A stretch of 38,812 bases of DNA from Chiloscyllium plagiosum (taxonomy: Eukaryota). Below, one piece after another: positions 12,869 through 24,899 of this stretch. The position numbers were made by a program, and so were the translations under genes. The stretch spans positions 1 to 38,812 of the forward strand of contig NW_025214906.1 in NCBI RefSeq assembly GCF_004010195.1. Reading direction: 5' to 3'. The notes below the pieces were generated by a model. That model was not told the origin of the DNA, did no database searches, and saw only the letters and a list, made by a program, of their open reading frames with translations. Each line of letters begins with the position of its first letter. Position 1 is the first letter of the stretch.

Positions 12869-13667
12869 GTTAGTGCAGTCGGTAATGCTCCTGCTTATAC
12901 TGTGGGATAACACATTGAAGATAGCCCATTTATCATTAAAAGATGTAAAGTCTCCACTGGGATAATAGGAATCCATGGAGATTGGCATTAACCACAGTGA
13001 CCATAAAACAGACTCTGTTAACCCCTTCCTTACATCCCTTTTCATATCAAAATAAAAGTCAGCATTTCCTCAGTCTGGATGGAATGGATGAGAGTTACTG
13101 ACGGATGGACTATAAATCTTTCAATCTATTTAATCATTTTTCCTTGTATGTGAGAGTATTGCCGGAAAACTGCAGGGTTGTATAAGTCCCACCCTCTTTA
13201 TAAAAAGAGACAGGAATAAAATATCATAGCAGCTACAACAAATGACTGGAGGGTAAATTTCTGGAGACTTTAACCCAAGGTACTGTACTTATTGCCAAAC
13301 GACTTTGTGTGAGGCTACTCCTGGGTAAAAGTATCTAGTTATCAAATCCGTTCATAACTTTGACAAAACATTGGGATGGCTACTCAGGAACGGGGGAAGC
13401 AATTCTCTCCCAATGCGCCTATTACAGAGGGATATGAAGAGGCCATTCAGCCTGCATTAGCCTATTCCCACTTGAAGAGGTGGGAAGATGCAACGGGAAC
13501 TATCGAAGAGAAGTGTTACTGCAGCTGAATGAGTTGTTACTGAGAGAGCACCTGGAGTAAATTGTGTTCGTTATGTCTCTGCAACTGAGAATGGAGGGAC
13601 CATCATTCGATACAGTTTACCAGCCTCTCTTAATCCACAGATTGCTGTGTCATTTAATGTCTCGGGA

Positions 13668-13852
13668 CTGTTACAGAGGGACAGGAGGAGGCCATTCACC
13701 TCTTGAATGTGTTATAGAGGGATAGGACAAGGCCATTCAGCCTCTCCAGTCAGTTCATAGGGATAGGAGGAGGCCATTCAGCCTGTGCAGTCTGTTACAC
13801 AGGGATAGAAGGAGGCCATTCAGCCTCTCGAACCTGTTACAGAGGGACAGGT
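13668..13852 (+). repeat. Minisatellite, ~38-40 bp unit (ctgttacagagggataggaggaggccattcagcctctc), ~5 copies plus a dispersed copy at ~13420
   Basis: Direct inspection. Mirrored at ~32753-32937 and ~33150. Confidence 0.85.
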
Positions 13853-13859
13853 TTGGATC

Positions 13860-14475
13860 TGACAAATAAATACAGGCTGAGGTGACCGGTTGTGGTCAGG
13901 GGCAACCATTTAACAGATGCTCTTCGTAACCTAGGTGACAACAAGATGGCTTCTCAGTGCAAATAACATGACAAAATGCCTTCTAGGCTGCAAACTGACA
14001 ATTCTGCTAAAGCTGTAGAAAATGGCTTTTAAGTTACCAACTGCTAATTCTGAATAAGCGACTAAGAACAGACTGCTTCAGTAGTGTTTAGCAGAAAATG
14101 TGTCCTTTAAAGCATAGAAATAACTCAGCGAGATAAGACAGTTTTAGCCGGCCTTTAGGTGCAGGTGCAATGGCTGTGCTAGTTAAATAAGGGTGACCTG
14201 ATTATTGGAAAATAAAGTTGGTTCCAGGAAATATCATTAGACCAAGGAACTTTCACATAAATCAATATCGTATATTGATTGATAATTGTCCAAATGTAAT
14301 AATTGATCATGTCCTTGGTTTAAGCTTTGTGCGCAGTTCCTCCACGGAACACGAAAGTGTATAACCTCTGTGTTTCTGCACGCTCTGGACTTGGCCATAT
14401 GAAAACGAAATAGTGAAGTCTTAACAGCCAGATGAATTACGAGCATTTATTGACCAATCGTGGAACTGAGAGACG
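13860..14475 (+). mobile_element. ERV LTR, truncated ~21 bp before its 3' end (left-arm copy)
   Basis: Reverse complement of 32136-32744, which abuts the PBS of the provirus. Confidence 0.65.
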
Positions 14476-15600
14476 AATTACAGGAAGACGGCTTTACTTA
14501 TGCACTTGAATCATATTAAAATGAAGGGCAATATACCATAAGATGCTCAATACTTACGCCTTGGATGTGCTATTTTTGGTGACTCATGATGAAGGATATT
14601 CAGGTTCTTTTGGACAACAACACTTCTCAATCCCTTACCATTTAATCAATACAAAATGAGATATGCGCTGTTTATTTCTCTCATCCAAATCATTTCTATG
14701 CCTTGCAGATTGTTGTGGTTCAAACACTGAAACATGTGATATTCCACGAGTAACTCCCTTCAGTCCATAAAAGTGCAAGTAGCTCTGTATTGCTTCCACT
14801 GACCAGTTCTCAATCCATGTGGTATATCCAGTTCCCCCCATCCGCACCTTATCAATGTACTCTAACTTCCTTCGTTCAGTTGTTAGCAACAATACAAAAA
14901 ATTATTCTGCAAATTCAGATACACCACTCCCACTGGTTCTCTTTTGTGGATGCATCAACTAACACAAACTCCACAGCTTTCTCAACGATGACTTCCGGTT
15001 TCTAAATCTGAGCTGACTCTGTGAACTCACACCATGATTTCCCAAGTGTCGAGCTACAAATTTTCTCATAGTAGGTTCTAATAATTTCCTCAGGCGCGAC
15101 ATCAAGGTACCCATTTTTTTTGTTTTCCCTCCCATTCCGGTTTTAAATATTTAGGATTACAATAACTACTTTCCAGTCTGCAGGAACTAGAACTTCCAGA
15201 GTCTAAAGAAATGTGAAGGGTAATCAATACTTCTTTCTTGTCGTTATAAAAGACATTTGGATAAGTACATGAATAGGAAAGGTTTGGACGGATATGGACC
15301 AAGCGCGGGCAGGTAGTACTAAGTTAGTTTCGAATCGAATAGTCAGCATGGACTTGTTGGACCGAAAGGTCTGTTTCTGTCCTGTATGACTCTATATCAC
15401 TTTCACTAGCTGTATTGCCACTTCCCTGAAAACTTTGGGATGGAGCTCATTTGGTACAGAATCTTGCCAATCTTCAATTCAATTAGTTTTTTGAGTAAGT
15501 TCACTTTATTAATTCTAATCATGCACAGGTTCTTATTTTCACCAGTCAATCTGTCCCACGGTATTTCTGGAAGATTTTCGGTACCTTCCATTGTGGAGAC
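14476..15600. mobile_element. Highly decayed CR1 fragments (mixed orientation)
   Basis: Residual RT motifs (e.g. 'TWIENW', 'VVVQKDLNIL') and a CR1 3' tail 'ggaccgaaaggtctgtttctgtcctgtatgactctat' (~15360-15397). Mirrored at ~22730-23848. Confidence 0.6.
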
Positions 15601-16274
15601 AGCATGAAGGTATTACCCTCAGAAAGAGGCAGAGATGCATTCCGTCACTGTGTGAATACATTGGAACATTGTAATTGGGAGATGATGGACGTAACACCCA
15701 TTCCTGCTCAGAAAGGTCCAGAATCAAGACAGTTCAATGAAACTGTCACTTCCTGGTCTCTGACAGCATAGTCCTCTCCCTTGTGCGAGGCTACAGGTTA
15801 TGCTGAAACAGGTGACACAAAGCTGTGACCTCCTCATTTCAGAATCATACTGACCTCACACCTTGCACCTTGCATAGTCCAGGTCGAGGTAAGAAAAAGT
15901 TCACGATCAAAATATGTGTAAAAAGAAGAGTTGCCAGAAGAGAATCGTAACTGGAAAGGTGTGATTGATGGTTTATTCAGAAACAGCATTGACGCAGAAG
16001 TGAAGACTGGGGATATTGTGAAGGTGGGAGTGGACAGGTTTTGTGATAGACAGAATATTGAGATATAAATCAGTTCAGGATAAAATTGGATAATCGTGAT
16101 TATGAACACTTTTGTTTCTCCTCAGATGTTTGTAAGCGCAGGATATGAAATTCATGGAATAGAAATTGAGATTGTGGTTGAAAGCGAAGACAATATATTT
16201 GCCAAATATACAGAGAAAACGATGACATTCACAACGGGTTAGAAAAATAGTAAATGAAGTAGAGATAGACTCAC

Positions 16275-16326
16275 CAGGAACACCAACAATAGCGAGGATG
16301 GGATAGTAACCTGCCTGAATTATCAT
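16275..16326 (-). CDS. First coding exon (type B, short N-terminus) of a shark GPR139-like GPCR; partial CDS
   Basis: ATG ATA ATT CAG GCA GGT TAC TAT CCC ATC CTC GCT ATT GTT GGT GTT CCT G|GTGAGT = MIIQAGYYPILAIVGVP with a consensus phase-1 donor. Confidence 0.7.
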
Positions 16327-16493
16327 CTGTACACAGAGCCATTTGAGATGTTGTTACTACACTGACGTCTCTTCCACCACAATAACTTCCAATAGAAATA
16401 CTGTCTCTGGGCACAACTGCCCTGAACATACACATGAAATACGGATTTCTCTGGATTTTACTCTCACAGTTCTTACCAGTTAATTGTTTAACG

Positions 16494-16499
16494 TTTATA
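16494..16499 (-). promoter_or_regulatory. Candidate TATA box upstream of exon B (left arm)
   Basis: TATAAA ~170 bp upstream of the ATG; present in both arms (21829-21834). Motif only. Confidence 0.25.
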
Positions 16500-18334
16500 C
16501 AATGCAATTCTATAATCTGTTTGTAAAGATGCAAACATCTTATTGCGCAGTTTGTATGTCTTTTCATTTTTAGATTTTTTTGTCACCTTAGCACAACAGT
16601 AAATGTTCTGTTTATAATTGACCTATTTATTGGGATTTAAGGGTCAGACACGGTATGTATTTTTCATGGTTTAAGGAACAGAAAGGAATAGAAGACAGTG
16701 GCTGTGGAGACTGATGAGGAGTAAGTGATATTCCTCAGTCCCCAATGTCTTCTTGACAAACAGAATAAAGTGAGTGTGTGTGAGAGTGTGTGTATGTCTG
16801 TGTGTGTTCAGATAGATAATATTGTTTATATGTATGCAACATATTCAGAATGAACAAGGGAGACATAGTTAATAAAAGTGATGCATGTGGTGTACAAAAT
16901 TTATAAAACGGTAATATGTTTCTTAATCTTCAGCTGAGATGTTATGTTCCTCTTCTCTCAACGTACGCTCTGTCTCCTGTCCCTTTCTGGCATTTCGTAA
17001 NNNNNNNNNNNNNNNNNNNNNNNNNNNNNNNNNNNNNNNNNNNNNNNNNNNNNNNNNNNNNNNNNNNNNNNNNNNNNNNNNNNNNNNNNNNNNNNNNNNN
17101 NNNNNNNNNNNNNNNNNNNNNNNNNNNNNNNNNNNNNNNNNNNNNNNNNNNNNNNNNNNNNNNNNNNNNNNNNNNNNNNNNNNNNNNNNNNNNNNNNNNN
17201 NNNNNNNNNNNNNNNNNNNNNNNNNNNNNNNNNNNNNNNNNNNNNNNNNNNNNNNNNNNNNNNNNNNNNNNNNNNNNNNNNNNNNNNNNNNNNNNNNNNN
17301 NNNNNNNNNNNNNNNNNNNNNNNNNNNNNNNNNNNNNNNNNNNNNNNNNNNNNNNNNNNNNNNNNNNNNNNNNNNNNNNNNNNNNNNNNNNNNNNNNNNN
17401 NNNNNNNNNNNNNNNNNNNNNNNNNNNNNNNNNNNNNNNNNNNNNNNNNNNNNNNNNNNNNNNNNNNNNNNNNNNNNNNNNNNNNNNNNNNNNNNNNNNN
17501 TCCAGGTGCTGTGCTGGCTCCGGAAAAGTAAGTAAGGACTCACTCTCCTCCGCACTGGGCTCAGCTTGAAGTCCAAACCCTGGGTCCAGCTTGAGGCCAG
17601 TAAGTTACAGAGAGAAAAGTGGGGGAGTAAATAAGAAAAAGGAAGCATGTCAGAGTGTACAAGCTCCAGTAAAGGAGCCCTTGGACCGGAAACACTGGAA
17701 TAAAAGGATCATTTTATTGGAGACAAAGGCTTGTGGAGTATCTCAGGAATATGTCCTTGGGTCCCAGCTATTCGCAAACATCCCAAACATTTGGTTGACG
17801 GAATCAATCGCAATATATCTCAGTCTGCTGTAGGAGAAATGCTTTGAGGAGATCCTTGGCCATTATGAGTCCGTGGGAGGCTCACTGGATTGAATGACCT
17901 ACTCCTTTCCTGATGTTTCTGTGCAGTCTATGGGAAAGCTCTGTAAATGTTGTCACAAGCTGACGGGAAACAGATGGTGTGGAGGCGCAATGGCACTGAC
18001 ATATGATTCAGATGATAAGACAAACGATTCACAATAGGGCAAGTTAATTGGGAGACCAGGAGAAGGACTGCATGAAGATTTGAGAACAGCCATAATGGCA
18101 TCAGGCTGTGAAGTTATGGAATTGAATATTAACTCCTACAGGCCGTAACGTACCAAAGTGTAAAGTGAGGTGTTACTCGAGCTTGGGTTATGCTTCATTG
18201 GAACATTGTTAAGAAATGAGGAATGAGTCAGCGAACTTTTCAACCGTCCAAATGTGTTTCTTCTTATATGTAGACCACATAGTTGCGCAATTTGGAGAGA
18301 GTAAGTACTACAGGTGCAAGAGGCCATAGTTAAT

Positions 18335-19420
18335 AAACGTGGAGCTGGATAAACGCAGCAGACCAGAAAGAATCATCGGGGCAAAAAGGCAATATTTTGA
18401 TCTTGGGCCTTTTGTCAGGACTGGCAAGGGGGAGGGGAGCCCAGAAATGGAGTGTTGGGATAAGGAAGGGCGAAGGATAGGTATGATTGTGGTGCATACA
18501 TGTAGGTATGAGGTTACTGTCATTGTTCATTGGGAAGGGTGGAGCGGATATGTGAGTGAGAAGATGGACAGGTGGGTCTGTTCAGGGAGAAGGGACATGG
18601 AGGAATTTTGAAGCTGCTGCAGTCAATATTGAGGCCCTTGGGCTATCAGATCCAAATGTAAAACCTCAGATGGTGATCCTCTGACAGTGGACAGGCTAAG
18701 GATGTGGATGCACCGTACGAGTTGGAGGGGGAATTAAAATAGAAGCAACTGGAAAGTCGGGTTGGTTGTTGCATGAAGAGTACTGGTGCTCCATACAGAG
18801 CCTGATCCTGCCCCACCAAGAACGTCTTCATCTCCCAATGTGGTCTCCTCTCTATCAGGGAGACTAAAGGGAGACTCAGGAACATATTCATGGAGCATCT
18901 GCTCTCTGCACGCTTAAACCAACCCAACATTCCAGTTTCCAACCTTTTCAATTACTCCCCCACATTCCCCTAGGCTCATCCGGCCATAGGTCCATCCTTG
19001 GCCTCCTCCACTGTCAGAGTGAGGCCAAACAGAAACTCGGGAACACAACCTGATCTTTCAGCTGGAGAGCTTACAGTTCAATAGTCTCAATATTGACTTC
19101 ACTGGCTTCAAAATCTCTCCACCCGCAGCCTTATCCCATGTCCACCTTCCCTGACCTGACCTAAGCTATCCATCATTCCATTCGCATATCTGCTGCACCC
19201 CTCCCACTGACCAATCACATTATACCCCTACTTTCATCCCCTATCGCCATCCCATCTACCCTTCCCCCAGCCTCACGCCCCCCTCCCTCTATTTACTTCC
19301 CGGCTCCCCTTCCCCCGGCCCAATCCCGATGAAGTCTTTTAGCCTGAAACGTTGACTTTCCTGTTCCTAGGATGCTGTCTGACCTGCTGTGCTTTTTCAG
19401 CCTCATATGTATTGGCTACA
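18335..19420. mobile_element. Penelope-like element 3' region with inverted arrangement (minus ~18335-18800; plus ~18803-19420)
   Basis: GIY-YIG-like 'SQCGLLSIRETKGRLRNIFMEHL' (~18833-18900), C-rich tail, and pLTR 'cccgatgaagtcttttagcctgaaacgttg...gatgctgtctgacctgctgtgctttt'. Confidence 0.75.
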
Positions 19421-19424
19421 TAGT

Positions 19425-20520
19425 TGCACGTTGAGACCTCAGCACCAACAGATTTTATTGTGTTTTTTATAGATTCTTTTAGTCTGTTTACTGACTAGCT
19501 TATCTCAACATTCTCACTACAGGATCAAGGAAACAGTCTCTTTGTCACTAATGTCCCTGTCTGCTTCGAAATGATTTCCTTTGTTTTAACCATTGCTGTT
19601 CGCAATACCATTGTAAATGTAACACTTGTTATGTTGTATCTTAATCACACCACTTCCAATATACTTCACAACTTCCGTATTCTTATACTCCACGCATCTA
19701 TTCATAAACCTAAGGATCCATTAAGTCCTTCTTTACAACAGTTTCAAATTGCCTGGCCATTTATAATATCCTGTATTCTGTGTCCCTCTCTCCTTAAACA
19801 GGGTGGTTACATTTACCAGTCCTCCCTCACTTCAAAGTTTCCTGAAAATTCACTAGCAATGCCTCCACAATCACCTTCAGTATCTCTTTAGAACTGTGGG
19901 GTGTTCTCCAAATGGTATCGCTGCTTGATCCAACTTCGCCTTCCCCAGCTCCTTCTCCTTACTGGTGGTCACTATACTCACCTCGACCCTCTGTCTTGAA
20001 GTTCGGACATTTTGCTGGTGTCTTCCACCGTGAAGACTGCTGCAATATATTAAATTCCTCTGTCATTCCATTGCTTTCCATAACTATTCAAGCTTCATTT
20101 TCCAACATTCCTTTGTTTGTTCTTTATTCCCTGTCTTCCTTGTTATATATCTAAAAATCTCTTTCAATGTTATTTTACATGATTAATAAGCGTTATATCA
20201 TATTTCACCCTCTCATCTCATTTGCTGTTATTAGTTATCCGTGATGGAAGTTATAGACTTCGTAATCGTCTAGGTTCCCAATAATCTTCACGGCATTGTG
20301 TGCATTTTTTTTTTGCTTATATGCTTTCCCTGAGTTCGTTATCACGCACGGCTGCCTTGTCTTCCGCTGAATATCTTTCTTCTTACTTGGGATGGATTTC
20401 TGATGTGCTGCTGAATTGCCTCCAGAAACAACTGCCATTGCTGCTTCACCATATCCCCGTGCTCAGCTCCCCTTCCAATTAACTCTGGCCAACTCCTCTC
20501 TCATGTCTTTGTAGTTAAAT
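19425..20520 (-). mobile_element. Decayed CR1 fragments
   Basis: Residual CR1 ORF2-like sequence (e.g. region 'KTRQPCVIT...AYKQKKNAHNAVKI'). Confidence 0.5.
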
Positions 20521-20639
20521 TACTCAATTATAAGCCATCTCATCCAAAAGTAAGCAATAGATGTAAACTGAAGGAGGAAGGTTTGAGACATGGGGCACAA
20601 AGAACGATTGGAGGATTTATTAACTAGATGGAAAGACAG

Positions 20640-21451
20640 AGTGTGTGTGTGTGTGTGTGNNNNNNNNNNNNNNNNNNNNNNNNNNNNNNNNNNNNNNNNN
20701 NNNNNNNNNNNNNNNNNNNNNNNNNNNNNNNNNNNNNNNNNNNNNNNNNNNNNNNNNNNNNNNNNNNNNNNNNNNNNNNNNNNNNNNNNNNNNNNNNNNN
20801 NNNNNNNNNNNNNNNNNNNNNNNNNNNNNNNNNNNNNNNNNNNNNNNNNNNNNNNNNNNNNNNNNNNNNNNNNNNNNNNNNNNNNNNNNNNNNNNNNNNN
20901 NNNNNNNNNNNNNNNNNNNNNNNNNNNNNNNNNNNNNNNNNNNNNNNNNNNNNNNNNNNNNNNNNNNNNNNNNNNNNNNNNNNNNNNNNNNNNNNNNNNN
21001 NNNNNNNNNNNNNNNNNNNNNNNNNNNNNNNNNNNNNNNNNNNNNNNNNNNNNNNNNNNNNNNNNNNNNNNNNNNNNNNNNNNNNNNNNNNNNNNNNNNN
21101 NNNNNNNNNNNNNNNNNNNNNNNNNNNNNNNNNNNNNNNNNNNNNNNNNNNNNNNNNNNNNNNNNNNNNNNNNNNNNNNNNNNNNNNNNNNNNNNNNNNN
21201 NNNNNNNNNNNNNNNNNNNNNNNNNNNNNNNNNNNNNNNNNNNNNNNNNNNNNNNNNNNNNNNNNNNNNNNNNNNNNNNNNNNNNNNNNNNNNNNNNNNN
21301 NNNNNNNNNNNNNNNNNNNNNNNNNNNNNNNNNNNNNNNNNNNNNNNNNNNNNNNNNNNNNNNNNNNNNNNNNNNNNNCACACATGCACACGCATACTCA
21401 CACACACGCATACACACACACTCACGCACACACACACGGACACACACACAC
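20640..21451. repeat. (GT)n and (CA)n microsatellites flanking a 719-N gap
   Basis: (GT)n at 20641-20659; imperfect (CA)n at 21379-21451. Confidence 0.95.
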
Positions 21452-21557
21452 TGATCAATCATTGTTCAGCCATTCCATTTCAAATGATCATGTTTTGTTT
21501 GCACTGTCATTTGCCATTCCTTCTTCTGAATATATTCTGTTTCTTTCTCTGCATTTT

Positions 21558-23848
21558 ACTTTATTCTGTCTGTCAAGAAGACATTAGGAACTGAGGAATA
21601 TCATTTACTCCTCATCAGTCTCCACAGCCACTGTCTTCTATTCCTTTCTGTTCCTTAAACCATGAAAAATACATACCGTGTCTGACCCTTGAATCCCAAT
21701 AAATAGGTCAATTTTAAACAGAACATTTACTTTTGTGCTAAGGTGACAAAAAATCTAAAAATGAAAAGACATACAAACTGTGCAATAAGATGTTTGCATC
21801 TTTACAAACAGATTATAGAATTGCATTGTATAAACGTTAAACAATTAACTGGTAAGAACTGTGAGAGTAAAATCCAGAGAAATCCGTACTTCATGTGTAT
21901 GTTCAGGGCAGTTTTGCCCAGAGACAGTATTTCTATTGGAAGTTGTTGTGGTGGAAGAGACGTCAGTGTAGTAACAACATCTCAATTGGCTCTGTGTACT
22001 GATGATAATTCAGGCAGGTTACTATCCCATCCTCGCTATTGTTGGTGTTCCTGGTGAGTCCATCTCTGCCCATTTACTATTTCTCTAACCCGTTGTGAAT
22101 GTCATCGTTTTCTCTGTATATTTGGCAAATATATTGTCTTCGCTTTCAACCACAATCTCAATTTCTATTTCATGAATTTCATATCCTGCGCTTACAAACA
22201 TCTGAGGAGAAACAAAAGTGTTCATGATCACGATTATCCCATTTTATCCTGAACTGATTTATATCTCAAAATTCCGTCTATCACAAAACCTGTCCACTCC
22301 CACCTTCACAATATCCCCAGTCTTCACTTCTGCGTCAATGCTGTTTCTGAATAATCCATCATCCACACCTTTCCAGTTACGATTCTCTTCTGGCAACTCT
22401 TCTTTTTCCACATATTTTGATCGTGAACTTTTTCTTACCTCGACCTGGACCTATGCAAGGTGCAAAGTGTGAGGTCAGTATGATTCTGAAATGAGGAGGT
22501 CACAGCTTTGTGCCACCTGTTTCAGCATAACCTGTAACCTCGCACAAGGGAGAGGACTATGCTGTCAGTGACCAGGAAGTGACAGTTTCATTGAACTGCC
22601 TTGATTCTGGAACTTTCTGAGCAGGAATGGGTGTCACGTCCATCATCTCCCAATTACAATGTTCCAATGTATTCACACAGTGACGTAATGCATCTCTGCC
22701 TCCTGCTGAGGGTAATACCTTCATGCTGTCTCCTTAATGGAAGGTACCGAAAATCTTCCAGAAATACTGTGGGACAGATTGACTGGTGAAAATAAGAACC
22801 TGTGCATTATTAGAATTAATAAAGTGAACTTACTCAAAAAACTAATTGAATTAAAGGTTGGCAAGTTTCTGCACCAAATGAGCTCCATCCCAAAGTTTTC
22901 AGGGAAGTGGCAATACAGCTAGTGAAAGTGATATAGAGTCATACAGGACAGAAACAGACCGTTCGGTCCAACAAGTCCATGCTGACTATTTCAATTCGAA
23001 ACTAACTTAGTACTACCTGCCCGCGCTTGGCCCATATCCGTCCAAACCTTTCCTATTCATGTACTTATACAAATGTCTTTTATAACGACAAGAAAGAAGT
23101 ATTGATTACCCTTCACATTTCTTTAGACTCTGGAAGTTCTAGTTCCTGCAGACTGGAAAGTAGTTATTGTAATCCTAAATATTTAAAACCGGAATGGGAG
23201 GGAAAAAATGGTTACCTTGATGTCACGCCTGAGGAAAATATTAGAACCTACTGTGAGAAATTTTATAGCTCGACACTTGGGAAATCATGGTGTGAGTTGA
23301 GAGAGTCAGCTCAAATTTAGAAACCGGAAGTCATCGTTGAGAAACCTGTGGAGTTTGTGTTAGTTGATGCATCCACAAAAGAGAACCAGTGGGAGTGGTG
23401 TATCTGAATTTGTAGAATAATTTTTTGTATTGTTGCTAACAACTGAACGAAGGAAGTTAGAGTACATTGATAAGGTGCGGATGGGGGAAACTGGATATAC
23501 CACATGGATTGAGAATTGGTCAGTGGAAGCAATACAGAGATACTTGCACTTTTACGGACTGAAGGGAGTTACTCGTGGAATATCACATGTTTCAGTGTTT
23601 GAACCACAACAATTTGCAAGGCATAGAAATGATTTGGATGAGAGAAATAAATAGCGCATATCTCATTTTGTATTCATTAAATGGTAAGGGATTGAGAAGT
23701 GTTGTTGTCCAAAAGGACCTGAATATCCTTCATCATGAGTCACCAAAAATAGCACATCCAAGGCGTAAGTATTGAGCATCTTATATGGTATATTGCCCTT
23801 CATTTTAATATGATTCAAGTGCATAAGTAAAGCTGTCTTGCTGTAATT
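21558..23848. repeat. Right arm of the inverted duplication, inner segment (pairs with 14476-16771)
   Basis: Near-identical reverse complement, with mirrored ORFs (e.g. 16271-16567 vs 21743-22057). Confidence 0.95.
22002..22053 (+). CDS. First coding exon (type B) of a GPR139-like GPCR, right-arm copy; partial CDS
   Basis: MIIQAGYYPILAIVGVP-G|GTGAGT; 52/52 nt identical to the left copy. Confidence 0.7.
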
Positions 23849-24635
23849 GTAGGGCCTTGATGAGAGAGTATTTGCGGCACTGCTAACAGGTATGCTCTCC
23901 TCAAACAATTATAACGAGTCTATTCTAAGAAATGATGAGACCATGAGGAGAGAGAGAAGAAACTGAAATTTTACTCGATAGTGCCGTGAGACAAGGAGAG
24001 ACGTCAGCGTTGAAACATGAGGGTTAGTGACGATCATATATTTCTAAAAGAGACATTGTTAGGGTGAGAAATAATTAATTGATTAGATTTATTGTCACAT
24101 GTACTAAGTCCAATGAAAAGCTTTATTTGCGAGCTGTACATGCAGATGATAGTAAGCAAGATCACACAGATCATAGGTTGAAAAATAAACTTGGGCAGAG
24201 TAAGGCGTATATGTTACAATGCGCAGGACATTCGAAAAACTCAAGATCAGCATGATTTGGAGTTAGAAAGCCCATTCATCAGTCTAACATAGTATTCCTA
24301 ATACTTTATATGCCTCAATCAACTCTCTCCACATTAATGTGCCGTCTTTTGGATGAGGTCACAAAGGAAATGGTTAGACAGTTAGGAACCAAGTTAAAAA
24401 GTAGGACCTCAGAGGCTACCAGTGTCACGTGCTAGTCAGAGGAGGAGATATAGAATGATCAGGAAGAATGTGTGCCTTGGGAAATGGTGTAGGAGAGAGG
24501 GGTTCGGATTTTTGGGACATTGGGACCGGTTCTGGGGGAGGTGCGACTATTNNNNNNNNNNNNNNNNNNNNNNNNNNNNNNNNNNNNNNNNNNNNNNNNN
24601 NNNNNNNNNNNNNNNNNNNNNNNNNNNNNNNNNNN

Positions 24636-24899
24636 TCCTGATGAAGGGCTTTTGCCCGAAACGTCGATTTTGCCTGTCCTCGGAATGCTGCCTGAATTGC
24701 TGTACTCTTCAGCACCACTGATCCAGAATCTGGTTTCCAGCATCTGCAGTCATTGTTTTTACCTCGTTGGTTTTAACCCTACTGCGAATCCTCTTGCAAG
24801 GATGCCTGCCTTGAAGAAGTTTTCCTCCTCTCTCTACTGATTTCGAAGCATTTCGGATGCTGCCTGAATTGCTGTGCTCTTCCAGCACCACTGATCCAG
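24636..24899 (+). mobile_element. Penelope pseudo-LTR fragment(s) with a partial tandem repeat
   Basis: 'cctgatgaagggcttttgcccgaaacgtcg...atgctgcctgaattgctgt..ctcttccagcaccactgatccag'; the tail part occurs twice (~24680-24726, ~24853-24899). Confidence 0.75.
24638..24665 (+). ncRNA. Minimal hammerhead ribozyme core (Penelope-associated)
   Basis: CUGAUGA-A-GGGC(UUUU)GCCC-GAAA-C-GUC: both conserved core boxes, a 4-bp stem II, and a palindromic ACGU at stem III. The 5' strand of stem I is hidden by the N gap. Confidence 0.65.

Larger units (their letters stand above)
6867..16771. repeat. Left arm of a large inverted segmental duplication
   Basis: Reverse complement of 21558-23848 plus 32136-38812. 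For example, 38812 pairs with 6867 and 21558 with 16771. One sampled stretch had 3 mismatches in 120 bp. Confidence 0.95.

Noticed and set aside
16916..21594. Long ORFs spanning N runs
   Set aside because: Artefacts of assembly gaps and microsatellites.
21743..22057. ORF 'MKRHTNCAIRCLHL...' present in both arms (also 16271-16567)
   Set aside because: It is conserved only because of the duplication. It overlaps exon B in another frame and has no recognisable domain.
22218..22472. ORF 'MFMITIIPFYPEL...' (mirror 15834-16109) as the second GPCR exon
   Set aside because: No TM2-TM7 or DRY-like motifs, and the two copies differ by a frameshift near the 3' end.
22676..22715. CACAGTG heptamer as a V(D)J recombination signal
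   Set aside because: No nonamer at 12 or 23 bp spacing and no Ig/TCR segments nearby.
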